DNA of 63,866 nt, the filler included, from Licmophora abbreviata (lineage: Eukaryota): NCBI GenBank assembly GCA_900291995.1. It is 11 parts of 11 records of this genome, joined end to end, with 100 filler letters (N's around TTAATTAATTAA, not from the genome) between each part and the next. Parts side by side here need not be neighbours in the genome. Positions count along the whole stretch, not along the records: positions 31,048 to 42,136 come from OLMU01000868.1; positions 42,237 to 46,598 come from OLMU01000870.1; positions 46,699 to 51,695 come from OLMU01000871.1; 8 more parts are not named here. One strand, written 5' to 3'. The translations under genes were made by a program, and so were the position numbers. The notes under the pieces are model-generated. The model had not been told where the DNA came from. It did not search any database and saw nothing but the letters and a program-made list of their open reading frames with translations. Below, piece after piece: positions 37,080 to 49,549 of the stretch (position 1 is its first letter; every line of letters begins with the position of its first letter).

Positions 37080-37521
37080 TAGGATGGTGCGACAAAGGAT
37101 ACCAGCAAAAACAACGGCTACTCTAGACCAACGAGATTTGCTTTGTCTCTCGACCGGCGGTGTCATGGTCGCGCCGACGAAAAAGATCTCGGCGAGAAAA
37201 TCAATCGAATCTTTTGATCGCACTGACGGCCAGACACTCACAATCTCTACTGCCAAAGAGCTCGTATTCCGTATGATAGAAGTATTCTCAACGTAGAAAA
37301 CATACGATACCAATACTTCCGTACGTTTGCGAGTACCATAAATGACCGCCGAAACGCACACAGTCACGAGCGTGCTCGCGATTTCCGGCATCGTTGGACC
37401 ATGAGTATCATATGATACTATTTTATCATCACACCACATAGCATCCAACGACGACGACGACGACGAGTGAACAATAGAGTGTGTATCAAACCGCAATCCT
37501 CATTGAAGACACTCTAGCATC

Positions 37522-39072
37522 ATGGTCCAAATGACTGCGGCCGACCAGGCCATTGTCAAGGCGATTCCGGGCAACACAAAATGCGCCGACTGTGGCATGA
37601 AGAGCCCTCAGTGGGCGAGTGTGTCGTTTGGCACTATCTTTTGCCTCGAATGCAGTGGCGTTCATCGGTAAGGAAACAAGAAAGACTGTGTTGAATAATC
37701 TTTCTTATACACACCGTGATGAATAAAAGTCTAACGACATTTTCTCTCCTTCTCTTTCAGTTCCCTAGGAGTCCACATTTCCTTTGTCCGAAGCATTGCC
37801 ATGGACTCATGGACCGACAAGCAGCTCAGTCTCATGAAGGTCGGCGGAAATTCCAAGTGCGCCGACTACTTGAAGGCCCATGGCGTCAATCTCAATGCCA
37901 GCATTCGCGAAAAGTACTCGAGCCCTGCCGCACAACTCTACAAGGACGTATTAAAGGCACGGGCCGAAGGCAGACAGGAACCGACGAAACTGCCGGCCGC
38001 TGCTCCCTCTAGTGGTGGTGCACGCATGGGGGCTGCTGTAGGCAAGCCAGGAGAAGATCCGAATGGTATGGAACGATTGACGGGTGAGTCGGAACAGCAG
38101 TACGTTGCCCGACAAACGCGTCTCCGGGAAGAAGCCCGGGCGCGCATGGCGGCCAAGTTTGGTGGAAGCGGAGGCGGTATGGGCAGCAGTAGTAGTATTG
38201 GAATGGCCGGTGGTGGCGGTGGTCGCATGGCTGGGATTGGAAGTGATTCCAGCTACAATCCATCCCGTGGTGGATACGGTGGTGTGGGTGGTGGGAGTGT
38301 CGATGTCGATTCCATCGTGACTGGCTTCTCCTCCGCCATGACGTCCTTGGGGACCATGACACGAAATGTTGGGAGCAAGTTAAACGACACGTACCATGAT
38401 GAATCGACGCAGAGGAAGCTCCATGATATCACGGGCTCCCTGCAGAGTGGTGGGAGCAGTTTGTGGAGTAGTTTCAGTACGGCCGCCAGCAGTGTGGCGC
38501 AGTCGATTGCTCAGCCGGATGGCGACGATGATGGATTGACTGCTTTTCAACGAGAAATGCATTCGCATCGTCCTACGCAAAGCAAGTATGGTGGATTTGG
38601 ATCGGATAGTGGCAATGGAGGTATGAGGAACGGTTCCGCTGCTAGTAGCATGGGTAGTAACATGTCTACGAGCAACACCATTGCAGAAGCACAAGGCCTT
38701 CCCAGCGAAGATCGCAATGGTATTGAACGATTGACGGGCGAGTCGGATGAACAATACGTGATGCGGCAGACACGTCTCCGCGACGAAGCCAAGGCACGCA
38801 TGGCGGCGAAGTTTGGTGGCGGCGGTATGAGCGCGGCCTCGTCGACGAGCTACGGCTTGGGCAGCTCGTCGAATCACTCGACGGCGAGCAGCAGCGGCAT
38901 GATGATGGGAGCGTCGGCTCCATCGTCGGGAAATGGTGTCGTCCAGACGACGACGCCACCGCGATCGGCGCCGACGTCTGGAAGTTTCGGCGGTACTCCG
39001 GCTCGATCGTTGAACGCCACCAAGGTCAAGGTCGAATCGACGGAAGACTTTTTCACCAACTTTGGAACTTAA
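37522..39072 (+). CDS. ArfGAP1-like GTPase-activating protein (intron 37668-37760)
   Basis: CADCG..SPQWASVSFGTIFCLECSGVHR|SLGVHISFVRSIAMDSW zinc finger. Confidence 0.93.
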
Positions 39073-39347
39073 GTGCAGCGCAATGGTGCTGATGGACCGC
39101 GAGTGTCGCACCAGTAAGAGTATCCTTTTAGTAACAAATAATGTGTGTGTTGAACGCAAATGATATTACCATGCAAGTCTTCTTCTCGATTGGCTTGATC
39201 TCGATTCTGCTACGTTGCCGTAGGTCCATCTCGTCGATGAAGTGCCTGTTACCGGTATCGATGAGGCGCATAGTCTGAACCAAGCCAATAGATCCGGGTT
39301 CTCATGGCTCGCCGAGAACGACACGTAGCATTCTACGGCTTCTTCGT

Positions 39348-39362
39348 CGAAACTCCAAGAAA
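39348..39362 (+). promoter_or_regulatory. Possible heat-shock element upstream of HSP90
   Basis: cGAAa-cTCCa-aGAAa is an nGAAn/nTTCn array with one mismatch, ~230 nt upstream of the ATG. Confidence 0.35.
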
Positions 39363-39593
39363 CACTCCCTATCGGAAGATGGTCCTACATTTTTTCTGTC
39401 CCTTGGTGAAATAGGCTTCGCACGTTCGAGAGTAAAAATGGCGGGAACCACGTCGTCTGTGGAAATTGTACTGCATTCTACGTAGCTATTTTTCGATAGA
39501 AATCCTACGGCGGGAAAACGAATGGCCAACGAAGATCTCATTGTTTCCCGCCAAGCATTTGTGTGAACCAACAAGCATCCCTGTTTCAACAAG

Positions 39594-42091
39594 ATGGTAC
39601 GTTTCTGATGGGTGCATGGCACTGGATGGTGGTTCCGACATGAAGGAAACATCATAGGAGTGAGAGGGGACAGAAGGAGTGGAAATTTGGGATGATCGGC
39701 GCCAAAATTGTCTTCCAAGCACAGAAGCATTGTTCGTTTCGCAAGATGCCCAAGTTTGGATCCTGTTTCGTCGTGTTTCTCACACTTTCCTTGTCGATCA
39801 TGCTCTCTTCTACCCCCATTAGAGTGCCCCCGAAGCTGAAAGCTACGCCTTCTCGGCGGATATCAACCAACTTCTTTCGTTGAGTAAGTAAATGTGCCTT
39901 GTTTCAGCCGCACGCCAATGGTTTCTATCGAATTTCGATACGCGAGAGCGGTACAGCAGGACTGAACTGAACGCAGGCATATTACTCACGCGCTCATTTC
40001 ATCATTACTTGCGAAATCATTACAGTTATCAACACGTTCTACTCCAACAAGGAGATTTTCCTTCGTGAGCTCATTTCCAACTCGAGCGATGCCCTCGACA
40101 AGATCCGCTACCAGTCCCTCACGGACAGCTCTGTTCTCGACACCGAGCCGGAGATGCAGATCAAGCTCGTGGCAGACAAGGCCAACAACACGCTCACTAT
40201 CGAAGATAGTGGTATTGGTATGACCAAGGCTGATTTGATCAACAACCTCGGTACCATTGCCAAGTCCGGAACCAAGGCCTTCATGGAGGCTCTCCAGGCC
40301 GGTGCCGACATTTCCATGATTGGACAGTTTGGTGTCGGTTTCTACTCGGCCTACCTCGTCGCGGACAAGGTCGAGGTGTTGTCCAAGAACAATGCCGACC
40401 CTGACTGCCACACTTGGATTTCTGAGGCTGGTGGTAGCTTCACCGTGACCAAGACGGAAGACACCGACTTGAAGCGCGGTACCCGCATCATTTTGCATCT
40501 GAAGGAGGACATGTCCGAGTACCTTGAGGAGAAGCGCGTCAAGGACCTTGTTCACAAGCATTCCGAGTTCATTGGATTCCCCATCAAGCTTTACACTGAG
40601 AAGACGACGGAGAAAGAGGTCACTGACGACGAAGAGGAGGAAGAAGAGGAAGGCGACGAAGACAAGCCCAAGGTCGAGGAGGTCGACGAGGAGGATGCCA
40701 AGAAGGAGAAGAAGACCAAAAAGATCAAGGAAGTTAGCCACGAGTGGGAACATCTGAACAACATGAAGCCCATCTGGATGCGTAAGCCCGACGAAGTCAC
40801 CCAGGACGAGTACGTGGCGTTCTACAAGTCTATCTCTAACGACTGGGAGGAGCATGCGGCCGTCAAGCACTTTTCCGTCGAGGGTCAGCTCGAATTCAAG
40901 GCCATTCTCTTCACCCCTAAGCGTGCTCCTTTCGACATGTTCGAGGGTGGCGGAAAGAAGAAGTACAACCACATCAAGCTTTACGTCCGACGTGTCTTCA
41001 TCATGGACAACTGCGAGGACATCATGCCAGAATGGCTTCAGTTCATTAAGGGAGTTGTCGATTCCGAGGATCTTCCTCTCAATATCTCTCGTGAGACGCT
41101 TCAGCAGAACAAGATTCTCCGTGTCATCAAGAAGAACCTTGTGAAGAAGTGCATCGAGATGTTCAACGATCTCACGGAGAACGAGGACGCGTACAAGAAG
41201 TTCTACGAATCCTTCAACAAGAACCTCAAGCTCGGTATTCACGAAGATTCGACCAACCGTGCCAAAATTGCCAAGCTCTTGCGTTACTCGTCCACGAAGA
41301 GTGGAGACGAGATGACCTCGCTTGAGGACTACGTCAGCCGCATGGACGACAAACAGCCTGGTATTTACTACATCACCGGCGAATCGAAGCGCAGTGTTGA
41401 GACATCTCCGTTCCTTGAGAAGCTCAAGAAGAAGGGATACGAAGTCTTGTACATGGTGGACCCCATTGACGAGTACGCCGTTCAGCAGCTCAAGGAGTTC
41501 GACGGCAAGAAGCTCCTCAGTGCGACCAAGGAAGATCTTGACTTGGCCGAGGATGAGGACGAGAAGGCCGCGTTCGAGGAGGCGAAGACGAAGACCGAGG
41601 GTCTATGCAAGTTGATTAAGGAAGTCCTGGACGACAAGGTTGAGAAAGTTGTCGTGTCGAACCGTCTTGCGGACTCTCCATGCTGTCTTGTGACAGGCGA
41701 GTATGGCTGGTCTGCCAATATGGAGCGTATCATGAAGGCCCAGGCACTTCGCGATACTACCCAGTCGGCGTACATGTCGTCGAAGAAGACGATGGAGATC
41801 AACCCTCAGAACTCCATTATTGTTGCACTTCGCGAGAAGGCTGATGCTGATCAGAGCGATAAGACCGTGAAGGATCTCATCTGGCTTTTGTACGATACCT
41901 CCCTGTTGACCAGTGGATTCTCGTTGGACGAGCCTGCCACTTTCTCTTCCCGAATCCATCGTCTTGTCAAGCTTGGTCTCTCGATCGATGATGATGACGA
42001 TGGCGACGACGCAGATGATGACATGGACGACCTGCCGCCTCTCGACGGAGATGACGATAATGAGGAGTCGGCTATGGAGCAAGTCGATTAG
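39594..42091 (+). CDS. HSP90: Cytosolic HSP90 (exon 1 coding = ATG only; introns 39597-39822, 39884-40025)
   Basis: [43 protein letters not shown]-terminal MEQVD. Confidence 0.98.
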
Positions 42092-42236
42092 ATTAGGTTG
42101 ACTTGAATGTGATAGCGACAGACCTTGTCTATTGATNNNNNNNNNNNNNNNNNNNNNNNNNNNNNNNNNNNNNNNNNNNNTTAATTAATTAANNNNNNNN
42201 NNNNNNNNNNNNNNNNNNNNNNNNNNNNNNNNNNNN

Positions 42237-42665
42237 CCAAGTCCCTTCAAGTCATTTGGTCAAGAAGTAGATTTGGTCTCCTTCTCCCAAGGTACCGTCA
42301 AGTCGACTCCGGGCTTTGAAGTCATCAAGAGCCTTCCTTCGTTTCTCTTTCTGGAGACTCTTGTCACATCGGGCTCCAGGGTTCGTAAGACGATTGATCT
42401 TGTAACTGCTGTGGGCGCCGTGATTTTGATGCACCCCGACATGGAAGTCCTCGAGGGAGACATTGCGCTGATCCGACAAATCGAGCGGGAGAACCGGCTG
42501 TTCGAATATGAAGAAGACGGCAAAGCATCCGGTAGGCCTAAGAAGCCACTGTATCCGCCCGGTCAGGCGGCTAAAGAGTCACGTCAGGTTCTTTTGGACT
42601 CCATGCTGGAGATCAACCACCCACGAAAGCTTTCGATGGGCGATCCGACTGACTTGTATTGGTAG
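42237..42665 (+). CDS. 3' fragment of a probable ATP-grasp ligase-type protein (5' part lost in gap)
   Basis: Open frame from the contig edge: PSPFKSFGQEVDLVS...KTIDLVTAVGAVILMHPDMEVLEGDIALIRQIE resembles ATP-grasp C-terminal domains. Confidence 0.5.
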   Translation, partial: PSPFKSFGQEVDLVSFSQGTVKSTPGFEVIKSLPSFLFLETLVTSGSRVRKTIDLVTAVGAVILMHPDMEVLEGDIALIRQIERENRLFEYEEDGKASGRPKKPLYPPGQAAKESRQVLLDSMLEINHPRKLSMGDPTDLYW

Positions 42666-43010
42666 ACTAGCTTTTTGGCTGAAGGGAGTGGCGCTGCAGT
42701 ACTGTGTACGAGTTGATGATCAACAAGACGAACGAGAGGAGCGCGCTGCTCTTACATAGAGGAACCATTTTAGATCATAAAGCAGTCCAAAAGAAGTTTC
42801 ATCAGGACTGTGAATGCCGACTATATGTAGCACCTTATTTGTTTTGCCACCATCCGTAACAAAGTTCAGTCGATCCCCAAGGAGCTCCGAAATTGAGTCA
42901 AAGGGAAATATCAGCGAATTGATGTGAATATCACCTTCTCGGACCACCCGATCATGACAGCCTCCATCTTGACAACTTTTCTGATCCTAAGGATTACTGT
43001 GTCCCTACCA

Positions 43011-43304
43011 TCAATCTGTCTTTTTGTCGGACGCAGTACTCGAAACAGGTGCAGCATCAGTATCCTCGTCTTCCGTTTCTTCCGCATACCTCGATTTCGC
43101 CTTGTTGTACTCTTGTTCGAACATATGCAAGGAAAATAGTAATCCAGTACTCAAGAAACTCAGAATGGCCATGTGGATGCGCGCGACGCCCAGTGCAAAA
43201 ATGGTAATGGTCGTCAAGAGCAGCAATCCAACGACGCCGCGTACAAAGGGAAGCAGCAGAACGCCACCTCCTGGCTGAAGAATCTGACTCATAAAACTGG
43301 ACAT
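43011..43304 (-). CDS. Pkr1-like V-ATPase assembly factor (small 2-TM ER protein)
   Basis: 97 aa: SQILQPG, two TM helices with an IH between them, acidic tail; matches Pkr1 architecture. Confidence 0.55.
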   Translation of the reverse strand: MSSFMSQILQPGGGVLLLPFVRGVVGLLLLTTITIFALGVARIHMAILSFLSTGLLFSLHMFEQEYNKAKSRYAEETEDEDTDAAPVSSTASDKKTD

Positions 43305-43517
43305 ACTTGTGCTTGCGGTAGGAGAACAAACGTGGCAAAGTTGCTATCGTCGAGCGTAGAAACAGCACAACACAGCGCTCAATGTTGTTGTTGCTGTGAT
43401 GATGTGTCGTCGTCGTCGAGGCTCGGCTTTGGCATTGGTTGACGGACAGATGGACGGACCAAGCCACCCGCGACGAGGCGACGACGAGAGAGCTTCTGTT
43501 TCACACAAACTGCGACC

Positions 43518-45326
43518 ATGACGGCGACGACGGCACGCGGCGACACGAGGTGCACAACGAAACGACGAAGATGGTGGCCCCTTCTTGTCATTCCGTATCT
43601 GCTAGGGATTGCTTGGACGTGTGTCCATCCTATCCTTTCGATTATTACAGGCGAAGCCAAGTGTCGGGGATCCTTTATCGACGAAAACTCATTGGACCCC
43701 ACGCACTTTCGTCTGAATCCGGCGGCATATTCCAGTGTGATCCATCAAGTACAGGAGGGTGGGGATGAAGGACTATCTCTGTGCGAGGCAGTCGATGGAA
43801 TGAAATCTGCGCGCGTACTTGACAATGTTGAGTGCGTAGAGTCGAGCAACTCACTGTTGCAGGTGACCAAGATTGTCCCTGTGTCGCACATTGCTTCTAC
43901 CGCCGAAACTATCGCTGTGATCGTTCCACAAGTAAGAAACCATGATTGGCATGGACAAGTCTTTCAGAGTGGTCTTTTGCAGCTTGTAGATCGATTAGCA
44001 TCGCGCGAGTCGACTCCGTGGCTGGCCAAGACCATCCTGGTAGTCTCGCCGATGTTCAGTGGCGAGGACAGCAGCGAGTCGTTGGCATCGACAGTGGACA
44101 CGTTTCTCGATATCTATATGGGCAATGCTCGACTTGGCGAAAATCCTGACGCGCTGACCAGTGTGCTACCCCTTAACATGACTTCTGGGATGCTGAGGCA
44201 ACTGATTGTATTGGATGTCGAGGCAGTGAATGAGGGCGACTCGCGTACGGGCAAGAGTTCGTTTGAGCTGCAAGTCTTGTCGCAAGGGCGACGAGGCGTC
44301 TTGCCCAACATGGATCTCGTCTTTGTCGCTACTTCTCTATTTGGTCGCATACCGGGAATGTCGGTAGATCCTCGTCGTGTCCGAAGTGACGGCGGCGTAC
44401 TTCGAGTCCATTCGTATCGAGAAATATCGGAGAGGTGGACCACCCTCTTGGACAGGCACCTGACGGGTACATCAATTTCTCTGTTTTGGCGGAACTGGTT
44501 ATATGAGCTCGGCGATTTGGTTCTATTTGCAAAGGGGCTTGTGGTGGGCCCGTATGCGCCACATGCGTCCGCTCTGGAGCGCGGTGTGGATGCCCTGACG
44601 CTGAAGCTACGAGTACGCATCCATGGAGTACAGTCCGGATCGCGACAGCGGCAACAAGTTTTTCTTGATTACATCCAGACGACTGAGTTACTCCTAAGAA
44701 CACTCAGCAATCTACACGAACGACTCCATCATTCCATTACACAATACTTGCTGCCATCACCTACCAAGTTTGTGTCTCATTCCGAATATCTGTTACCAAA
44801 TCTCTTGTTGTTATTGCCTCTGGTGATTCGGGCAGTCACCTTACTGTTGGTCGACATTCCGCAGTGTGATCTTTTGGCTCTGCGAACGGCAATCGGGGTG
44901 ATGGGGTTGGCAGTCTTGATGTTTATCGGTTCATCAAGATATACTGGGACAAGCACCATGACCGCCGTGTACGCAGTAGCTTACGGCTTCCAGTTGCACA
45001 CCAAGCTGTTGACGCCCAAGGACCCACAGAGCCTCCAATTTGTGACCTGCCTCTTGGCAGTCTATCTGCACGCGCCACTTCTATTGGGACATGTGACGCT
45101 GTCTTGGCCATCTTCGGTACTTTGGTCTCTTGTCTTGGCGATTGTTCCGAGTAGTGCCGCATCGAGTCGACCCCTGCGGTACGCGTTGCTGCTCTGGCTG
45201 GTCGCTACGTGGCCTCCCAGTATCCTCGTTCCAAAGTTGCTCGGATCCTACACGCCATATGTGACTCTGGTTTACACCCCGCTCCACTTGCTGCTTACGA
45301 TACAATGGACCATGAAGCGCTACTAG
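43518..45326 (+). CDS. GAA1: GPI transamidase component Gaa1
   Basis: N-terminal TM, FIDENSL, LPNMDL, LSNLHERLHHSITQYLL, C-terminal TM bundle. Confidence 0.85.
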   Translation: MTATTARGDTRCTTKRRRWWPLLVIPYLLGIAWTCVHPILSIITGEAKCRGSFIDENSLDPTHFRLNPAAYSSVIHQVQEGGDEGLSLCEAVDGMKSARVLDNVECVESSNSLLQVTKIVPVSHIASTAETIAVIVPQVRNHDWHGQVFQSGLLQLVDRLASRESTPWLAKTILVVSPMFSGEDSSESLASTVDTFLDIYMGNARLGENPDALTSVLPLNMTSGMLRQLIVLDVEAVNEGDSRTGKSSFELQVLSQGRRGVLPNMDLVFVATSLFGRIPGMSVDPRRVRSDGGVLRVHSYREISERWTTLLDRHLTGTSISLFWRNWLYELGDLVLFAKGLVVGPYAPHASALERGVDALTLKLRVRIHGVQSGSRQRQQVFLDYIQTTELLLRTLSNLHERLHHSITQYLLPSPTKFVSHSEYLLPNLLLLLPLVIRAVTLLLVDIPQCDLLALRTAIGVMGLAVLMFIGSSRYTGTSTMTAVYAVAYGFQLHTKLLTPKDPQSLQFVTCLLAVYLHAPLLLGHVTLSWPSSVLWSLVLAIVPSSAASSRPLRYALLLWLVATWPPSILVPKLLGSYTPYVTLVYTPLHLLLTIQWTMKRY

Positions 45327-45379
45327 ATCAACTGAATCTATAAGTACGTTCTGATCTATTTTTGTATACGTTCCCATTT

Positions 45380-46312
45380 CTAACCATCCAGAAATCCATC
45401 GTACATGCCTTTGGTACGAAAGTATGCCGATCGATTCTTCGCATAGTCCTGTAACGAGAGAGGCGCTACACCGACACCACGTGTCGCAACGATGTAGTCA
45501 TGATGCTCATCATGGAGATCCTTGCTGGCGGTATTACTAAGGCTACGTCTCGTACGCACGGATGGCTTGCCCGGGCTCTGAGACGAGTCCAGAGTGAGCT
45601 TTTGCGTAGAGTCAAGTCGCTCGAAGAAGACTCGGGCGGCGTCGACCGATGTTTTGGAAGAAGGTTGTGAAACCACCTCATCATGAACTGCTGGATCGAA
45701 AATGGTACCGGATAGATCGGGAGTTCCATTTGGTTTGGAGAACGGTGCGGGTTTCTTGACGACCATGCGCTTTCGCCGTGGAGGGAGTCCATTTCGTCGT
45801 GTATTCGTGTCTTGACGTGGAGCATGATGGTCCGTCGACACGACCGCAACGTTCGTCGGGGTATCCATCTGACAAGATTTTAGTAGAACTGTCGGTGTGG
45901 CCTTGGATACACTGTTGAGAGCGCCGCATATGGATGGTTTGTACGACGGTGTTGCCGGGCGCGGGCTTGGTAAAAACATCATGTTCTGGTCTATGGTCGA
46001 CACGCGTGAGAGGGGAGTAGAGCCGGCACGGCCTCGTTTCCTTTTGCGTTCCACAGGGACCTGTACCACGGCAGCTCGTTTGCGTTCTCGAGAGCCGTAC
46101 GATCGCGACGGCGTCGTTGTCGCTGCAGTCCCACCGAACCACCCATGGTCAGTCTCTACGCGGTCCTCCTCGTCCGATGCGTCTCCATCGTCGCTGGGAG
46201 GTTCCGTTTCGTGGGAAAGTTGGTCATCGTCGTCCCGATGCATTTCAGCTTGCTCTGTCGATTCTTGTTTTAAACTCTTTGGAAGACTCTGTTCCGCCAC
46301 TGACCTCTCCAT
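45380..46312 (-). CDS. Hypothetical low-complexity protein, possibly nuclear
   Basis: ORF with basic RKRKR clusters; start uncertain. Confidence 0.6.
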   Translation of the reverse strand: MERSVAEQSLPKSLKQESTEQAEMHRDDDDQLSHETEPPSDDGDASDEEDRVETDHGWFGGTAATTTPSRSYGSRERKRAAVVQVPVERKRKRGRAGSTPLSRVSTIDQNMMFLPSPRPATPSYKPSICGALNSVSKATPTVLLKSCQMDTPTNVAVVSTDHHAPRQDTNTRRNGLPPRRKRMVVKKPAPFSKPNGTPDLSGTIFDPAVHDEVVSQPSSKTSVDAARVFFERLDSTQKLTLDSSQSPGKPSVRTRRSLSNTASKDLHDEHHDYIVATRGVGVAPLSLQDYAKNRSAYFRTKGMYDGFLDG

Positions 46313-47001
46313 TGTTGTCACATGACGAGCGCCCACCCCTGACGATGACCTCGTGGTTTTACACGATCTGGACTTTTTGCGGTACCAAACGCCAGCCTTT
46401 CCGCCATAAGATCGTTCGACAAGATGTCTGAGAGGCATGCTATGATGTCTCTAGCGAGCACGAAGGGTCTTGACAAGCTCAAGCGACGTAAAAGCACAAT
46501 GTGATGAACTGCATCATTGTCCGCGCCGCTTTTTGTGTCATTGTCTCTCTTCTCTGCCTGAAAACCCACGATTTGAATGAGTCACGAGTAGAGCGAGTNN
46601 NNNNNNNNNNNNNNNNNNNNNNNNNNNNNNNNNNNNNNNNNNTTAATTAATTAANNNNNNNNNNNNNNNNNNNNNNNNNNNNNNNNNNNNNNNNNNNNGT
46701 GAGTCGAGTGAGTCAATCCATCAGACATCCTAGGACGAGCACCGGACAGACGCTTCCTTCGTTTGACGCCGCGAAGCCGCGATTTCGAGATTGAAACTCT
46801 TTCTTCTTTTGACAACATCAACAACAACACATCGAAATGCCGCTGCAGTAGGCTACACCGATAGACTACAATCGTTTGTCAATCTCTCGACTAGCAACAG
46901 AGATAGACCCAGAAAGAGTACCGCAATATTTGTGCTGTGTCATTCAGAAATTAATGGTGAAAACTGCTTCGAAATCCACGGCGACGCTGTCATCCGTCGT
47001 C

Positions 47002-49529
47002 ATGGTCAGGCTCTGTAGTAGTAGATGGTGGGCGACACTCTTCCTATGCGTGATGTTAATACCCGAGGACTCAACCGAGTTCCAGGTTTGCAGCATGAGC
47101 AGAGGGAAATTGTTTGATGTGTCGGGTGTGCCGTCGTCCCGAAGAATACCTGCGCCGTCCTTCCATACGAGGATGGGCATCTCCACTTCGGACGAGATGC
47201 AGCAGGATGTCGCTACAGCCCAGGACTCCTTGTTGTTTGACGCAACCGTGTGGGTAGAATACGAATCGGCAATTCGAAATATGACTCAGTCCAGCCGAGT
47301 TATGGGGAAGACACGGAAAAAGAAAACCCTCATAGATGATGTGGCGCCAGCCATCGACTTTCTCTTGACCAATTCTGAAATTGTACCGCTACCCAACCTT
47401 ACATGTTGCGACATGAATCAGACTTCGTTTCGATCTCAAGTCAAGCTACAAAAGGAGGCATACCTTAATGCAACCAATTTGACAGACGATCAGTACGCTT
47501 TTGCGCTGCGAATACTCACCTACATGGGAGACTATTGTGCGAAACAGAGAAAGAGCTCCAAACCGTGTTTGGTGGCATGGCACAAATTACGAGAGGCCGG
47601 CATGATGCCCATGGAAAACTGCCTTTCCACGTATCTATATGTCTTGGGTAGTTTTGATGATGGCGAGCTTGCTGCATCTGTGGCCGCATCACAGGTAGCC
47701 ACCTTTCACGATGCACTGTTTGAGCCCAACGAAAAGACCGTGACGCTGCGGATCCGCACCATGACAGCCAATGACGACGCGGCGGGGGCCGAAGCACTGT
47801 TGGAGTCCATACCTGTAAGTGAGACGCGACTCAATAGGCACCGAGACTCGCGTTGGGCTGTATTTACATTTTGGCGCTCGTTACATGTATCTTGACAGAC
47901 CGACGGCGTGAGCGGCGACTGGAAAAGGCTGCGAACCTATCTCCCGATTCTGACACTGTATTGCCGCAAAAATGACGTGAGTTCCGCTCTGCGGTTGTAT
48001 CGCCGGATGCGAGATATTCCGGAAGTAATTTTTGAGCCCGATACGTATGTCTTGTTGATGGGAACATTGGCGACGAATGGATGTTTTCAGTCCGACGCAG
48101 CTCCCATTGAAGGTGCGGTCGACAGGGGAGGCTTCTCTGTTTCTTCGGGCCCTCAACTCTTCGATGAGATTGCCACTGAGATGGCGAATGATGTATTGGA
48201 AATGAGCGAAGAGGCGGCGAATACTTTGCATGATGGGTTTATACGAGGGTTTGCCGATGTGCTGAACGAACTGACTTACTCCATGGCAATGAGAAGGGCC
48301 TATCCCTGGACAACCGCTGCGCGAAACTTAGCGATCTTGTAGTGAGTCGCGTCGAAGTCGACGAACAGACAGCTCTATGTCCTCGCACTCAAGCAAAGCT
48401 TCGAGTTCTGAAGCTGACTCGGGAGCAGAGAAAGCACGTTCACGACACACTTATCGAAATGTCGGCAACGCAGTATGAGGAGTATGTCGGAAAAATGAAG
48501 GCGCGTTTCAAAGACAAGATGGACGAGAAAGGAAATCGCGACTATGCTGTTCAAGAGCTGTTGCGATTTTCTGCGTGGCTTGAGTAAGTCGATGATCTCA
48601 TCACCTTGGATTGCGATATTCAGTGGTCTCATCTCGCTTTGTGTGTCCCTCTTTGTCCAACCCAGCGAACGAGAAGGGGAACCCTTTACCGCTATTATTG
48701 GTAAGTTATTCGGCGATGATGGCGTTTCGCTTCTTGTCGATTCAACAAAACGCCTCAGGCTCAATTTCACTTCTTTTGCTGCTTGCGGTTGTTTAGATGG
48801 CCCGAATGTTGCTTATTTTGGTCACACACAGGTCCACTACAGCCAGGTCGATACCGTTGTAAAGGCCCTGGAAGCGATGAACGAACGTCCTCTGGTGGTC
48901 ATGCCTGAGAAATATGTCTCACCGAAGTTCAAGTTATTCATGGGCAATGTACAGCAGCTGGATGAACCGGCTATTCAAGTAATGAATCGGTAGGTGTGGC
49001 GATGGTGGGATGTGAGGGAATTCGAAACGGCATTTGTGTCCGCGCTTGCAAGGGGCTCTGACACAGCGTTTCTACCTTCGACAGATTGTTGAAGAGCGCT
49101 CAGATGTACGCTGTTCCCTCATTGTGCCTTGATGACTACTACTGGATGCTTGCATGCGTGTCCAACCAGACAAAAGCTAGTATTAGAGTAGACAAGTCTC
49201 GTCACGTGGCGGCACATGACGGCTCAGGTAGATTTCCTGGGCTTCGTCCGATGCTGATTACAAACGATCAGATGCGAGACCACAAACTGGAGCTTCTGGA
49301 GCCTCGCCTGTTCCGACGTTGGTCTTGCGGTCACGTCGTCAACTACAACTTCACTGACTGTGTTGAGGGAGAGTGGGAGGAACGGGATGTTCAGTTCAGC
49401 CCAGCGGACTTCTTCAGTCGGGAAATACAAGTGAACTGGTCTCCATTGCTTGGTGACAGTCCGGTCTGGCACTTCCCTGTGAGCGAATGGAACAAAGGAG
49501 AGCGGCTCTGCATTTCGATTCCAAGATAG
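47002..49529 (+). CDS. PRORP: Proteinaceous RNase P paralogue A (PPR + NYN), probable plastid presequence; multiple introns; frameshift ~48275
   Basis: PPR-like RLRTYLPIL..YC, AII|DGPNVA, DDYYW, LITNDQMRDH, WHFP...C. Confidence 0.88.
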
Positions 49530-49549
49530 TGACGTTGAGTTTTTATTGA

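Noticed and set aside
39986..41242. 418-aa antisense ORF to HSP90
   Set aside because: Typical shadow ORF from strong codon bias in highly expressed heat-shock genes.
46578..46716. GAGT-rich repeats flanking a gap
   Set aside because: Probably a simple microsatellite that broke the assembly; extent unseen.
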